This document shows, in pieces, positions 9,151 to 20,079 of a DNA stretch of 64,000 nucleotides. Numbering within the stretch: the stretch's first letter is position 1; every line of letters starts with the position of its first letter. Below the pieces are notes generated by a model. The model did no database searches, was not told where the DNA came from, and saw nothing but the letters and a program-made list of their open reading frames with translations. This DNA comes from Meiothermus sp. (GTDB lineage Bacteria; Deinococcota; Deinococci; Deinococcales; Thermaceae). Where the stretch lies: NCBI GenBank assembly GCA_033762915.1, contig JANRLD010000050.1, forward strand, positions 1 to 64,000, read 5' to 3'. The position numbers were made by a program, and so were the translations under genes.

Positions 9151-10230
9151 ATGCCAGGCGTTTTCACTATCTCCCTCGACCTCGAACTGCGCTGGGGTAC
9201 CCGCGATAAGCTGTCACTGGATCAGTATCAGGCCAACATTTTGGGCACGCATCGGGCGGTTCCGGCCCTCCTGAGGTTGTTCGAACGCTACGAGATCGCC
9301 GCCACCTGGGCCGCGGTAGGTTTCTTGTACTGCCGCAACAAAACCGAGCTGTTGGAGCGTGTGCCGCCCCTCCGGCCCGGCTACGCCGACCCGCGCCTGT
9401 CCCCCTATGCCGACCTCGACCAGCTCGGCAACGACGAGCGCGACGACCCGCTGCACTTCGGGGCCTCGCTGGTGGATCGGATCGCCGACAGCCCCCGCCA
9501 GGAGCTGGCCACCCACACCCTCAGCCACTACTACTGCCTCGAGCCGGGCCAGAGCGGGCTGGAGTTTGCCGTCGACCTCCAGGCCGCGCTGCAACTGGCC
9601 CGCGACCACTACCGCCGCGATCTCAAAACCATCGTCTTCCCACGCAACCAGGTCAACGCCGAGTACCTGGAGATCTGCCAGGCCCTGGGCTTACGGGCCT
9701 ACCGGGGCAACGAGGAGGCCTGGTGGTATCGGGCCCGCAGCGAGGCCGCCGTAACCCCGCTGGTGCGGATGGCCCGCTTCGGCGACACCTTCTTCAGCTT
9801 CTCCGGCTCCCACGCCCATCGGCTGAGCCTGAACAAAGGGCTGGTGAACGTGCCCTCGAGCCGCTTCCTGCGCCCCTATAACCCCCGCCTGCGGTGGCTC
9901 GACCCTCTGCGCCTGCGGCGCATCCGCCGCTCGATGGAGGAGGCCGCCCGGGAGGACCTGGTCTATCACCTGTGGTGGCACCCGGAGAACTTCGGCCTGC
10001 ACCTCGAGGAAAACTTGGCCTTCCTCGAGCAGGTGCTCGAGGTCTACCAAGACCTCAGCCAGCGGCTGGGCATGCAGAACCTAAGCATGCTCGAGGCCGC
10101 CCAGACCGCCTCCCCAACCCTGCCACTCCCTGCCGCCAAGGACACCCGAACCCGCCCCAACCTGACTACCCTGTCGCTGGTGCTGGCCGAGGTGGCCCTC
10201 AACAACCCCCTCTACGAGCGCCTGCTGTAG
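9151..10230 (+). CDS. Polysaccharide deacetylase family protein (CE4)
   Basis: FTISLDLELRWG, ATWAAVG, ELATHTLSHYY, VFPRNQ, YHLWWHPENFG. Confidence 0.85.
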   Translation: MPGVFTISLDLELRWGTRDKLSLDQYQANILGTHRAVPALLRLFERYEIAATWAAVGFLYCRNKTELLERVPPLRPGYADPRLSPYADLDQLGNDERDDPLHFGASLVDRIADSPRQELATHTLSHYYCLEPGQSGLEFAVDLQAALQLARDHYRRDLKTIVFPRNQVNAEYLEICQALGLRAYRGNEEAWWYRARSEAAVTPLVRMARFGDTFFSFSGSHAHRLSLNKGLVNVPSSRFLRPYNPRLRWLDPLRLRRIRRSMEEAAREDLVYHLWWHPENFGLHLEENLAFLEQVLEVYQDLSQRLGMQNLSMLEAAQTASPTLPLPAAKDTRTRPNLTTLSLVLAEVALNNPLYERLL

Positions 10231-10727
10231 CGACCAGGGTGCGGGCGGTGAACCGTCCCCAAGGGCGCTGGCACCGCTCCCTCAGCCCTCGAGCCCCCCT
10301 CTACGCGTTGAGCGGGGCGGGGCCTAGAAAAGGCTAAGGGTCTGCATGGTTGAAGAGCCAAGTGCCGCCCTGAAGCGCCTGCTAAGGAATCGCCCCGTGC
10401 TTGTACCAGTGGTGTCTGCTGGCCCCGAAAAGACCGGCTTACAGCGGACTTGAGTCAAGGCTCTGCGAAAACCTTGGGGCTGAAATTCTTTCCCCGCCGT
10501 GTTTTTGCGGTGTTGTGGGAATCAAATTCCGAACCGCTATAAGCGCCCCGTTCCGCCTGTGGTTTGCTTAGGCCTACTCCTTGGGGTGAGCCTGTATAGC
10601 GGTTGACAGTTTGAACTATCGGCAGACGGCCTCGAGCAGAATCCGACATAAGTCAGCTTTCACCCCACAAGTATGGCGTACAATGCTCGCCTCACCCCCC
10701 AGCGTTTTGCTGGTGGGTCGCAACCCT

Positions 10728-13700
10728 ATGCTTAAGACCCTTCCCGATATCCACGACCATTACCTTCCCGGCCTCCCACAGGCCGCCCGGGCCCTCCTCT
10801 TCGCCCGCGCCGAAGGCCCCAGGGTGTTGCTCTGCCCCGAGGAGCGGCTGCCCCTCTACGCCGACCTGGGGGCGCTGGGGGTGTCGGCCTACCTGAACCC
10901 CGGCCTCGAGGCTGTCGGCGAAGCGAGCGCGGTGGTGATGAGCTACGCCCAGGCCCTGGAGTCCTTCCCCGCCGACCCTGGCGCCTGGCGGCTGGTGCTC
11001 GAGGTGGGCCAGCGCTACGGGCGCGAGGACCTGCTGGATCGTCTCCTGCGGATGGGCTACGCCAGAGAGGAGGACTTGCGGGTGCAGGGTGACACCCTCG
11101 AGCTCGAAGGGCTGCGCCTCGAGTTCTTTGGTGACGAGTTGGACGGCCTGAAGATAGGGGGCGAAGCCAAAAAGCGCTACACCCTGACCGCCCGAGAGGG
11201 CAAGGCCGACCTGTGGGACTCGCAGAAGATTCTCCACTTCGGGGGCGCGGTCTTTTTCGACACCCCTGCCGTCGCGCCACCCGAGCTGTGGCGACTCATC
11301 GCAGACCGCCCGATGGTGACCTTCGGTCTGGGCGGTAGAGAACTGCCCCCGCTCGACCTTGGCCTCAAAGCCCTGTCGCCGTACAGGGCTCGAGTTTCGG
11401 AGTTCGTGGAGGACCTGCGGAAGTGGGTGGATGGCGGGTTCTCGGCGGTGTTCTTTTACCGCCACAGCAAGTCGAGGGGGTACCTGCTCGAGAAGCTGGG
11501 GGGAAAAGGGAAGGGGGCAGAGGGGGAGAGGTCAGGCAGAGGTCAGCGGTCGGCGAACGACCCGGCTTCCGAGTCCTCAGCTACCGGCCACAAGCCACTG
11601 GCCACACGCTCGACCTTGGCCCTCGAGCCCCGCCCCGCCACCCTCAACCTGGTGCCCGCCCCGTTCGAGGGCGCCTTCCTCGACCCCGAGACCCGCACCG
11701 TCTACCTCACCGAGGCGCACCTGTATGCCTTCGCGGGGACGGAGGCCCTAAGAGCGAGGCGGGCCTTCGGCAAGGAGGTCGAAGACCCTGGTGCGCTGGC
11801 GGTGGGGGACTACCTGATTCACCCCGAGCACGGGATCGGGCAGTACATGGGCCTCGAGACCCGCGAGATTCTGGGGGTCAAGCGCGACTACCTGAGCCTG
11901 CGCTACGCGGGCGAGGGGCGCATGTATCTGCCGGTGGAGCAACTGCCGCTCCTCAAGCGCCACCCCGGCACCACCGACGACCCGCCCAACCTCTCGAGCC
12001 TGGGCAACCAGGGCTGGAAGAAGACCCGCGAAAAAGCCCAGAAGGACGCCGAGGAACTGGCCCAGCGGATGCTGGTGCTCCACGCCAAGCGCGAGGCCAC
12101 GCCGGGCCGGGCCTTCCCCCCGGTGCCGGAGTGGGATGTCCTGCTGGAGCACAACTTCCCCCACCAGCTCACCCCCGACCAGCAGAAGAGTCTCGAGGAG
12201 ACCTTCCGCGACCTCGAGGCCGCCCGCCCGATGGAGCGCCTAATCTCTGGCGACGTGGGCTTCGGCAAGACCGAGGTGGCGCTGCGGGCCGCCCACCGGG
12301 TAGTGGGGGGCGGGGCACAGGTGGCGGTGCTGGTGCCCACCACCCTGCTGGCCGAGCAGCACACCGAGACCTTCCGCAAGCGGCTCGAGGGTCTCCCGGT
12401 GCGGGTGGCGGGCCTCTCGCGCTTCACCTCCGACCGCGAGGCCACCGCGGCGGTCAAGGGGCTAAAGGACGGCTCGGTAGACATTGTGATCGGCACCCAC
12501 CGTCTGCTCTCTCCGGAGATTGGCTACAAGAACCTGGGTCTGCTGGTGGTCGACGAGGAGCACCGCTTTGGGGTGGGGCAAAAGGAGCGCATCCGCGAGC
12601 TGAAGGAGTCGGTGGACACGCTATTCCTGTCCGCCACCCCGATTCCCCGCTCGCTCTACAGCGCCCTGGTGGGGCTGCGCGACCTGAGCAGCATCCAGAC
12701 CCCGCCCCAGGGCCGCCGCCCCATCCAGACCCTCCTCACCGTTTTCGACCCCGCGCTGGTGCGCCAGGCGATCATGGACGAGCTCGAGCGCGAGGGCAAG
12801 GCCTTCTACGTCCACGACCGGGTAGCGACGATTGTTCAGCGCCGCAGATACCTCGAGGCCCTCGTCCCCGAGGCCCGCTTCGGCATCGTCCACGGGCAGA
12901 TGAACGAGGGTGACATCGAGGAAACCATGCAGGCCTTCGGCGAGGGCGCCTTCGACGTTCTGATCGCAACCACCATCATCGAGAGCGGCCTGGACATCCC
13001 CGAGGCCAACACCATCATCGTCGAGCGGGCCGACAAGCTGGGTCTGGCGGCCCTCTACCAGCTCCGGGGCCGGGTGGGGCGGCGCGACCAAGAGGCCTAC
13101 GCCTACCTCTTCCACCCCGTCCGCCTGACCGAGGGGGCCGAGCGCCGCCTGGCCGCGATTGCCGATCTTTCCGACCTGGGCTCCGGCCATCTGCTGGCCG
13201 AGAAGGACATGGAAATCCGCGGTGTGGGCAACCTGCTGGGCCCCGAGCAGAGCGGGCACGTGCGGCAGGTCAGCCTCGAGGTCTATACCGAGTTGCTCTC
13301 CGAGGCCATCGCCAAGCTCAAGGGCGAGAAGAAGGTCGCCGAGGCCGAGCGCCATGTCACCCTGGACCTGCAAGTTTCTGCCCGCCTGACCCCCGAGTAC
13401 ATCCCCAGCCCCGCCGCACGCAGCCGCTACTACGGCCGCTTGGCCGAGACCAAGAACCTGGCCTCGCTCTCGCGCATCGTGCGCGATATGAAGGAGAAGT
13501 ACGGTCCCGCCCCCTTGGAAGTGGACAACTTTCTGGCCCTAACCAAACTTCGTTTGGTCGCCGAGGGCAAGCGGGTAGTGAGCATCACCGAGGACATGCT
13601 GTACCTGAATATCGCCTTCGAAAGCTCGAGGCTCGACTACGACGCCAAGGCCCTCCGCGCCCTGCCCTTCCGGGTCGAAGTCACCCAGTACCCCCCCGGC

Positions 13701-13775
13701 TTCCGCATCGTCAAGAAGGGGCTGAACGTGGGTACGGTGGAGGCGTTGATGGAGTTGTTGTATTTGGTGGATTGA
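10728..13775 (+). CDS. mfd: Transcription-repair coupling factor
   Basis: Car[50 protein letters not shown] motif [12 protein letters not shown]. Confidence 0.95.
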   Translation: MLKTLPDIHDHYLPGLPQAARALLFARAEGPRVLLCPEERLPLYADLGALGVSAYLNPGLEAVGEASAVVMSYAQALESFPADPGAWRLVLEVGQRYGREDLLDRLLRMGYAREEDLRVQGDTLELEGLRLEFFGDELDGLKIGGEAKKRYTLTAREGKADLWDSQKILHFGGAVFFDTPAVAPPELWRLIADRPMVTFGLGGRELPPLDLGLKALSPYRARVSEFVEDLRKWVDGGFSAVFFYRHSKSRGYLLEKLGGKGKGAEGERSGRGQRSANDPASESSATGHKPLATRSTLALEPRPATLNLVPAPFEGAFLDPETRTVYLTEAHLYAFAGTEALRARRAFGKEVEDPGALAVGDYLIHPEHGIGQYMGLETREILGVKRDYLSLRYAGEGRMYLPVEQLPLLKRHPGTTDDPPNLSSLGNQGWKKTREKAQKDAEELAQRMLVLHAKREATPGRAFPPVPEWDVLLEHNFPHQLTPDQQKSLEETFRDLEAARPMERLISGDVGFGKTEVALRAAHRVVGGGAQVAVLVPTTLLAEQHTETFRKRLEGLPVRVAGLSRFTSDREATAAVKGLKDGSVDIVIGTHRLLSPEIGYKNLGLLVVDEEHRFGVGQKERIRELKESVDTLFLSATPIPRSLYSALVGLRDLSSIQTPPQGRRPIQTLLTVFDPALVRQAIMDELEREGKAFYVHDRVATIVQRRRYLEALVPEARFGIVHGQMNEGDIEETMQAFGEGAFDVLIATTIIESGLDIPEANTIIVERADKLGLAALYQLRGRVGRRDQEAYAYLFHPVRLTEGAERRLAAIADLSDLGSGHLLAEKDMEIRGVGNLLGPEQSGHVRQVSLEVYTELLSEAIAKLKGEKKVAEAERHVTLDLQVSARLTPEYIPSPAARSRYYGRLAETKNLASLSRIVRDMKEKYGPAPLEVDNFLALTKLRLVAEGKRVVSITEDMLYLNIAFESSRLDYDAKALRALPFRVEVTQYPPGFRIVKKGLNVGTVEALMELLYLVD

Positions 13776-13924
13776 GGTACATGTTGGGAGGGCAGGTTGA
13801 GAGTTGCCAAGTAAGAGTGAAAGACATTTTAAACTAGGTTGAAAGAAAGCTAAAAAGATCACTTCAACGGTTTTGGTGTTCAAGTTCTTTATCGATTTAA
13901 CCACTGCAGTGATATTTTCCTTTC

Positions 13925-14548
13925 ATGATTAGATTCTTTCTTACTGCTACCGTCGTAGTTTTTGGACTTGCTGTAGCTCAGCAAAACTGGGTTGAGTCCA
14001 TTATCAACCCCACTCCTGAATCTAGAGCTGCAGTCTGCAAGGATGTATTTGAGCGCACTACTGCTAATACATTCCAGGTCAGTGAAATTCGCACTTACCT
14101 TACTCAAAGTGGTGCCAGTCAATTTCAGTCCATTCTCGGCAGCGTGTTGAGTGTATGCAGAGCAGCAGCAAGACGCCTAGATAACATTCCTAGCTTAAGC
14201 GTCTTGATGTCAACCTCGGTTCTTCTCTGGGTTTCTGGCTCAGTTCGTGAACTCAGATCAGCACGTGACTGGGCGGCAGTTTTTGTCTTGTATGGACAGG
14301 ACGGTTCTGAAATTGCTCGAGTTCGTTTCAATCCACGTAGCTCATCCCTTGGAAACACAGATGATTGGAAGGCGGACTGCTCGGGCAGTTCATGCCGATG
14401 GGTAGGAAGAAACCTTTACTACTTTAGTATCAATGCGGAGTTTTTGGAAAAACTAAAGGAAGCTACGTCTTTTGGTTTCTTGTATACAGATGCAAGTGGT
14501 GTAAATACAGTCAAGTTTACCCAGCAAGAGTATCCGAATCTGAAATAG
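13925..14548 (+). CDS. Hypothetical secreted protein, low GC
   Basis: Signal peptide MIRFFLTATVVVFGLAVA-Q; markedly AT-rich codon usage. Confidence 0.75.
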   Translation: MIRFFLTATVVVFGLAVAQQNWVESIINPTPESRAAVCKDVFERTTANTFQVSEIRTYLTQSGASQFQSILGSVLSVCRAAARRLDNIPSLSVLMSTSVLLWVSGSVRELRSARDWAAVFVLYGQDGSEIARVRFNPRSSSLGNTDDWKADCSGSSCRWVGRNLYYFSINAEFLEKLKEATSFGFLYTDASGVNTVKFTQQEYPNLK

Positions 14549-14562
14549 CCATAGCAAATCTG

Positions 14563-14621
14563 GTAGTGGGCATTGCCCACCGTGTTTCGGGGTCATTAGG
14601 TCGGTGGGCAATGCCCACCCT
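14563..14621. repeat. REP-like inverted dimer
   Basis: GTAGTGGGCATTGCCCACC ... GGTGGGCAATGCCCACCCT, two self-palindromic units in inverted orientation between convergent genes. Confidence 0.7.
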
Positions 14622-14625
14622 GGGT

Positions 14626-15126
14626 TCAAACCTCGCAGACACAGCCGCACTCGAGTTCCACCCGCACCGGCGAGTTCAGCCGCTTCTTGCCGTCGCGGCG
14701 GTGGTGGTAAAGCTGCTTGAGCTGGGGGTCGTAGATCAACACGTCCTGCACACCCATCGAGAGGTAGAAGGGCGGGGCCAACTCGAGGTCTTTCTGTTCA
14801 TAGCCCTCGCTGATGACTTCTATTACTGCTTCGGGAATCTGGGTAAGGGCCACCTGGCCTTCGCTGGGCTGGGGACTCCGGCACAACACCGCAATGTCGG
14901 GCCGCTTAAGTGACCCATCGGGAAAACGGAACAACACATCGGCGGCGTGAACACAGCCGCAATCCGAACCTTCTAGGGGCTGAATGCTGGCCCGAATGCG
15001 GTCTATTTCTGCTTGGTGGGCATATACCGGGCTGGCCTCCCAAATGGGTATGCCCCGCACGATCTCGAGGCGCAGGTTCATCCGATCTGCCTGCAAAATC
15101 ATCTCTTCTGGACTGATCGTAGGCAT
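14626..15126 (-). CDS. Uma2 family (PD-(D/E)XK) endonuclease-like protein
   Basis: LEIVRG, KRPDIAV, PEAVIEVISEG, YLSMGVQDVLIYDP. Confidence 0.9.
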   Translation of the reverse strand: MPTISPEEMILQADRMNLRLEIVRGIPIWEASPVYAHQAEIDRIRASIQPLEGSDCGCVHAADVLFRFPDGSLKRPDIAVLCRSPQPSEGQVALTQIPEAVIEVISEGYEQKDLELAPPFYLSMGVQDVLIYDPQLKQLYHHRRDGKKRLNSPVRVELECGCVCEV

Positions 15127-15197
15127 GGACTGAGTTTAGCATGTAGGTCGTTTCAGCCGACCTCCTTTAACACGCTCGAGTACCCCCACCCTCGAGC

Positions 15198-15431
15198 CTA
15201 AGTTTCGGCTATCAAGGGTACCTCGAGGCTCGCATAAATCTCGCCCAAGCTCAGGTCTGCTTCCAGGCAGGGAACCCTGAACGACTCCTGACTTGTCACG
15301 TCGCGGTAGAGTCACTGCTTGCCGTGGCGCCCGTACAGACCTACACGCTGCCCATTTTGAAACATCAGCGCGTAAGCTTGCAGGCTGGGAATATGCACAT
15401 AAGTATCGAGTTTTTCGCGCCCTTGCCGTTC
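15198..15431 (-). pseudogene. Uma2 family C-terminal fragment
   Basis: Manual translation ERQGREKLDTYVHIPSLQAYALMFQNGQRVGLYGRHGKQ*LYRDVTSQESFRVPCLEADLSLGEIYASL; internal stop and no N-terminus. Confidence 0.7.
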
Positions 15432-16083
15432 AAGCCTTCTCGCCCAGCAGAATCGCGCCCCAGTCGTTCTCGAGGCTACTCTCCAGCCGTTCCCTCGAGC
15501 GCTGCAAGTGCTTGAAGATGAACGCGGCGGCCTCGTCGCCCTGCCCGGCCTGCACCAGCTCGATCAGGTGCAGGTGGTCGGCGCGGGCCTGCTCGGCCCC
15601 CTGGGGGCGCATGATCTCGACGTAGCGGGCGCGGTAGATGCGCGAGAGCACGCCCGCCAGCGAGGAGACGATAAAGCGGTTGCCGGAGAGCTTGGCCAGG
15701 GCCAGGTGGAAGCCGGTGGCCTTCTCGAGTTCGACCTCGGGGTCGAGCCTGGTCTCGAGGCTGGCCAGCAGATTCTTGATCTCCCTGGCCTTGGGCCGCC
15801 GCGCCGCCGCCAGCCGGACGGCGGTGGTCTCGAGCAACTCGCGGAACTGGAAGGCTTCCTCAAGCTCCTCGAGGTCTATGGGGGCCACGCTGTAGACCCG
15901 CCCGGTGCGGTGCACCAATCCCTCCCGCGAGAGCTGCTGTATTGCGGCGCGGATGGGCGTGCGCGATACGTTCAGGGACTCCTCTAGCCGCCGCTCCACC
16001 AGCGGCTCGCCGGGCCGCATCTCGAGCGACAGGATCGAACGCCGCAGCCGGCGATAGGCTTCCTCGGTCTGTGGTGCGAGCAT
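15430..16083 (-). CDS. GntR family regulator (FCD domain)
   Basis: LNVSRTPIRAAIQQLSREGLV HTH; FHLALAKLSGN and HLHLIE FCD motifs. Confidence 0.9.
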   Translation of the reverse strand: MLAPQTEEAYRRLRRSILSLEMRPGEPLVERRLEESLNVSRTPIRAAIQQLSREGLVHRTGRVYSVAPIDLEELEEAFQFRELLETTAVRLAAARRPKAREIKNLLASLETRLDPEVELEKATGFHLALAKLSGNRFIVSSLAGVLSRIYRARYVEIMRPQGAEQARADHLHLIELVQAGQGDEAAAFIFKHLQRSRERLESSLENDWGAILLGEKA

Positions 16084-16102
16084 CGGCTCTATGTTACCGC
16101 AT

Positions 16103-16116
16103 TTTGGTATACCAGA
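16103..16116. promoter_or_regulatory. GntR/FadR-type operator, probably autoregulatory
   Basis: Palindrome TGGTATACCA just upstream of the gene's -10 (TAACAT). Confidence 0.65.
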
Positions 16117-16206
16117 AGGGCGGCGAGGCAGAGGAGAGGGGAAAAAGAGGAACGGGCAAGGAGAAACCCCGCCTGTGCCGCCGTGTCTTACCTGGTCCCG
16201 ACCTGC

Positions 16207-17373
16207 CTACAGCGCGTCGTCCTGGAAAACTACCGTCTTCAGGTACAGCGACTCCGGCACGTGGAGGCTCCAGGGGTGGTCGGGGGGGTTGTAGGAGATG
16301 TGGTGGACGCGGAGGCGGCGTCGCTCGTCGGCGGCGGCGCGGCGGGTGACCTCGAGCAGCTCTTCGACGCCCAGGTAGTAGGCGCAGCTCGAGAGCCAGA
16401 GCCAGCCGTCCTCGGCCAGCAGCTTCAGGGCCGGGCGCAGCAGATCGACCAGCAGGCGCTTGACCCGCGGGAGTTCGTCGGGCTTCTTGACCAGGGTGGG
16501 GGGGTCGAGCAGGACGTGCTGGAAGGGTGGGGTTTTGGCGCGGGCGAGCTGGGTCAGGACCTCGAGCGCATCGCCCTGGCGGATGTCGGCCCGGAGGCCC
16601 TGGCGGCTGCTGGCCCGGTCGAGCACCCCCAGTGCGTCGATGTCCTTGTCCACCGCCAGCACGTAGGCCCCCCGGCGGGCCGCCCGCAGGGCGAAACTCC
16701 CCACGTAGCTGTACACGTCGAGCACCCGCTCGCCGGGCTGTACCATCCGCTCGAGGAGCCGCCGGTTCTCGCGCTGGTCGAGGTAGAAGCCGGTCTTCTG
16801 GGCCAGGGCCAACGGGATCGGGAAGCTCAGGCCGTCCTCGACGACCTCGAGCACCTCCGGCACCTCGCCCCAGACCACCCCGACCTTCTCGCCCAGCCCC
16901 TCCTGGCGCCGGCTGTCCATGTCCGAGCGCTCGTAGACCCCCACCACCCCGTCGGGTCGGGTCGCCTCGAGCAGGGCCGGGAACCAGACCTCGCGCAGGG
17001 CCTCCATGGCCTGGTTGCGCACCTGGACCACCAGGGTCGGGCCGAACCGGTCTACCACCAGCCCCGGCAGGCCGTCGGCCTCGGCGTGGACGAGGCGGTG
17101 GAAGCTGTCAGTGTAGGCCCGCTTGCGGGCGGCCCGCTGGAAGCGCGACAGGAAGAATTTCTTGTCCAAAGGCCCGTCATCAAAGCGGTAGACCCGCACG
17201 GTGGCGCGGCTGGTGGGGTGGTAGTAGCCCACGCCCAGGAAGTCGCCGTCGCTCGAGTAGACCCGGCAGACCCCAGCCGCTGCGGGGGCCTGCTCGAGTT
17301 CGTCGGCGAACAGGCCGGGGTAGAAGTTGCGCACCTTTTTGTCTTTTCCGGCCTTGGCCACGGCTCTTTCCAT
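16207..17373 (-). CDS. Class I SAM-dependent 23S rRNA m5C methyltransferase (RlmI-like)
   Basis: [43 protein letters not shown]. Confidence 0.9.
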   Translation of the reverse strand: MERAVAKAGKDKKVRNFYPGLFADELEQAPAAAGVCRVYSSDGDFLGVGYYHPTSRATVRVYRFDDGPLDKKFFLSRFQRAARKRAYTDSFHRLVHAEADGLPGLVVDRFGPTLVVQVRNQAMEALREVWFPALLEATRPDGVVGVYERSDMDSRRQEGLGEKVGVVWGEVPEVLEVVEDGLSFPIPLALAQKTGFYLDQRENRRLLERMVQPGERVLDVYSYVGSFALRAARRGAYVLAVDKDIDALGVLDRASSRQGLRADIRQGDALEVLTQLARAKTPPFQHVLLDPPTLVKKPDELPRVKRLLVDLLRPALKLLAEDGWLWLSSCAYYLGVEELLEVTRRAAADERRRLRVHHISYNPPDHPWSLHVPESLYLKTVVFQDDAL

Positions 17374-17597
17374 ACGTAGTCCACCCCTTGCACCCCAAAA
17401 GCGGCCCACCCGTTGTATACCAAAACCCTCTGCCGCACAACCGCGGGCACTTGACGTCGCCCCGCCGGCCCTCATAAATTAAACGCAGTCGTCATTGGCT
17501 GAGCTGCAATCGTTCTGCCGCGCATAGAGTCTTAATCCTGGTGGGGAGCCGCGCAACGGCGGCGTATAGTGGGCGAAAGCCGAACAGGTGCATTGCC

Positions 17598-18011
17598 ATG
17601 AGATATGCCATCCTGAACAACGAGGGTCGGGTCGTCAACATAGTCCAGCGCGAGGGGGGCTCGAGCTGGGCCGCGCCACAGGGCTACCGGGCAGTGCCCT
17701 GCCCCGACGAGCAGATCGGGATCGGGTATGTGCTCGAGGGCGACACCTTCCGGGCCACCCGCAAGCTCTCCGGCGAGCCGCTGGGTATGCGCTTCTACAA
17801 GGCGCTCTACCCCTTCCTGCTGGCCTTCTCGGTGCTCTCGGCGCTCACCGTGCTGGTGGGGCTGGGCCTGTGGGTCTACCAGGCGCTGAGCGGCCAGGCC
17901 CTGGACTGGCACAAGGTGGCGCTGTGGGGCTTCCTGGGCTGCTGGGTCTTTCCCGGAATGTTGATAGGGCTCGGGGTCTGGGTGTCCCGACTCGAGCGCG
18001 CAGACTTCTAG
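17598..18011 (+). CDS. Hypothetical membrane protein
   Basis: MRYAILNNEGRVVNIV N-terminal domain plus two hydrophobic helices. Confidence 0.7.
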   Translation: MRYAILNNEGRVVNIVQREGGSSWAAPQGYRAVPCPDEQIGIGYVLEGDTFRATRKLSGEPLGMRFYKALYPFLLAFSVLSALTVLVGLGLWVYQALSGQALDWHKVALWGFLGCWVFPGMLIGLGVWVSRLERADF

Positions 18012-18262
18012 CCCAAGGCGGGCCGGCACCGTCCTCCCACTCCACTATCTTCAAGTCCGAACCGCTCAAACCACAGCCTCCGCCCGGCGAGGGGGTTGGT
18101 TAAACGGAGGCGAAAGGGAAGAGAAGGCCAAAAGCCGGAGGCCGACCCCACGGATTGCGGATTGCGTTCGCCGCTTCCTGCACGGGCGGCCGCGTCTGCT
18201 CGAGATGGTGCTTGTGCTCTTGCAACCTGCGCGCCCATGACCCGCCCTCTGCCCGCCACGCG

Positions 18263-19072
18263 CTACGTGCTGTTTTCCACGCCCAACTCCCGCAGATAGG
18301 CCTCGGCCTGCTCCAAGGCAAGCCCAACGTCTGTCCGGCCCTTTGGGTAGTAGAGGGAGCGGCTGGCGGAATTGAGCAGGCCCGCGCCGCGCAGGGGCTC
18401 GCCGCCCTGTGCGCCCAGCCCGGGAAGCAGCAGCAGAGAGTTGGGCATGGCCCGGCGGGCCTCGGCGACCTGCTCGGGGTAGGTCGCGCCCACCACCGCC
18501 CCCACGCGGCTCCACTCGCCCACCGCGTAGAGCCGGGCCTGGGCCGCGAGGTAGTCGGCGACGGCGTGGTGGAAGCGGAAGCCGGGGCCGCGCCCCTCGA
18601 GGCGCACCTCGAGGTCTTGCAGCAGCCCTGAGCCGGGGTTGGAGGTCTTGACCAGTACGAAGACCGCCCCCCCCGAGCGCTCCGCCGCCCGGAAGAAGGG
18701 CTCGAGGGCGTCGCTGCCCAGGTAGGGGTTGACGGTCAGGGCCGAGCCGGGATAGGCGTCCAGATAAGCCTTGGCGTAGGCCTCCGCCGTCGAGCCAATG
18801 TCGCCACGCTTGGCATCGATGATCACCGGGATCGAGAGCACCCGTGCGGCCGTGATTAGCTCGTGCATCAGCGCGAACCCCGCCGCCCCCAGCGCCTCGA
18901 AAAAAGCCGCCTGCGGCTTGACGGCGGCGATGCGGGGACCGAGCGCCTCCATCAACTCCAGCGAGTACCGGCGAATGTGCTTGAGGGGCTGCTTGCCGTG
19001 TAACTCGGGGCGCGGGTCGAGCCCCAGGACGAGCGGCGGGCGGGCCAGGACGGCTTCGACGAACTCGGGCAC
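18263..19072 (-). CDS. pyrF: Orotidine-5'-phosphate decarboxylase
   Basis: [46 protein letters not shown]. Confidence 0.95.
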   Translation of the reverse strand: MPEFVEAVLARPPLVLGLDPRPELHGKQPLKHIRRYSLELMEALGPRIAAVKPQAAFFEALGAAGFALMHELITAARVLSIPVIIDAKRGDIGSTAEAYAKAYLDAYPGSALTVNPYLGSDALEPFFRAAERSGGAVFVLVKTSNPGSGLLQDLEVRLEGRGPGFRFHHAVADYLAAQARLYAVGEWSRVGAVVGATYPEQVAEARRAMPNSLLLLPGLGAQGGEPLRGAGLLNSASRSLYYPKGRTDVGLALEQAEAYLRELGVENST

Positions 19073-19173
19073 CGGGTAATGCTACTACGCCGGGGAGACC
19101 GCGGGGGCCAAGGCGCGGAGGCGGAAAGCGGAAAGGTCGGAAAATCAACAGCTCACGGCCGGCGGCTGAGCGC

Positions 19174-19611
19174 TCACTTGAACCACTTCAGCCAGATCGC
19201 CCGCTGCTCAAAGCTGGCGTTCTCGAGCACGAAGGCGGCCTGGCGGTGGCTCTCCTGGGCCTGCCGGGCGTCGCCGAGGTAGCGCCAGGCGGCGGCGATC
19301 AGGCTCAGGCACGACCACTGGCCCTGCGGGTGGCCCAGGAAGCGGTATACGGCCAGGGCTCTCGAGGCCAGGGTGATGGCCTCCGGGGCGTCCGCGGCGT
19401 ACAGGCTGCCGACCGCCCAGATGAACAGCCCGTCGGCCCAGGCCCGGTTGTCGCCCACGGTGCGGGCAAGGTGCTCGACCTCGCGCGCGGCCTGACTGGC
19501 CTGATGGGGGTTCTTTTCCAGCAATTGCCAAGCTTGTCCGAGGCGTTGGTGCAGGCGCTCGCTGTGGTTGGCGATCTCGCCGTAAGACAGAGGGTGGACA
19601 AAGCTACTCAC
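19174..19611 (-). CDS. Small TPR-like helical protein
   Basis: ALAVYRFLGHPQGQWSCLSLIAAAWRYLGD TPR-like pattern; TACCCT 6 nt before GTG. Confidence 0.7.
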   Translation of the reverse strand: MSSFVHPLSYGEIANHSERLHQRLGQAWQLLEKNPHQASQAAREVEHLARTVGDNRAWADGLFIWAVGSLYAADAPEAITLASRALAVYRFLGHPQGQWSCLSLIAAAWRYLGDARQAQESHRQAAFVLENASFEQRAIWLKWFK

Positions 19612-19785
19612 CCCCAGAGGGTAGCAAAGGTTTGGCCCGGGTCTTGCCTAGTATTCACCAACTTGGTTTGAACTCCGTTTCAGATAACGCCAATGCCGAT
19701 TTTCTCGCCTAAAGTCGACAATTTTCGCGTTTCTCAGGACATGCTCCCGGAGCACAGTTTATGGCCAAATCTGGCTGAGGGCTCA

Positions 19786-19981
19786 GAGCGATTTCCACGC
19801 ATACTCCCCACGTCGCTAAAGCGGGCGGTTTTTGCTGTAGAGCGGTTCCCACGAACACTCGGTATGGCGGTTTTTGCCGTACCGAGTGCACTACTCCGCG
19901 CGGTGGGCGGAGTAGTGGTGGGAAACGCGATAGGGAGTACATTACCTGCCCCCGCGAGTGAGGTAAGGGTGGTAAACGCGA
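19786..19981 (-). mobile_element. MITE-like repeat family A, with a second element nested at 19840-19930
   Basis: Reverse complement of the 50875-50978 copy, interrupted by a 91-bp element GAGCGGTTCCCAC...GTGGGAAACGCGA flanked by TA at 19838-19839 and 19931-19932. Confidence 0.85.
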
Positions 19982-20079
19982 TCGGACCCGGAGGCAGGCC
20001 GTTTGGCGGGCGCAGCTCCCCTGGTGCGTTCGGGTAAGCTAGCCCAATAGCCCCCACGCACCCGCCCCAAAGGAGCCGC

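Noticed and set aside
19840..19930. tRNA-like cloverleaf
   Set aside because: Only two arms, no T-loop or D-loop consensus, no CCA; has TIRs and TA flanks
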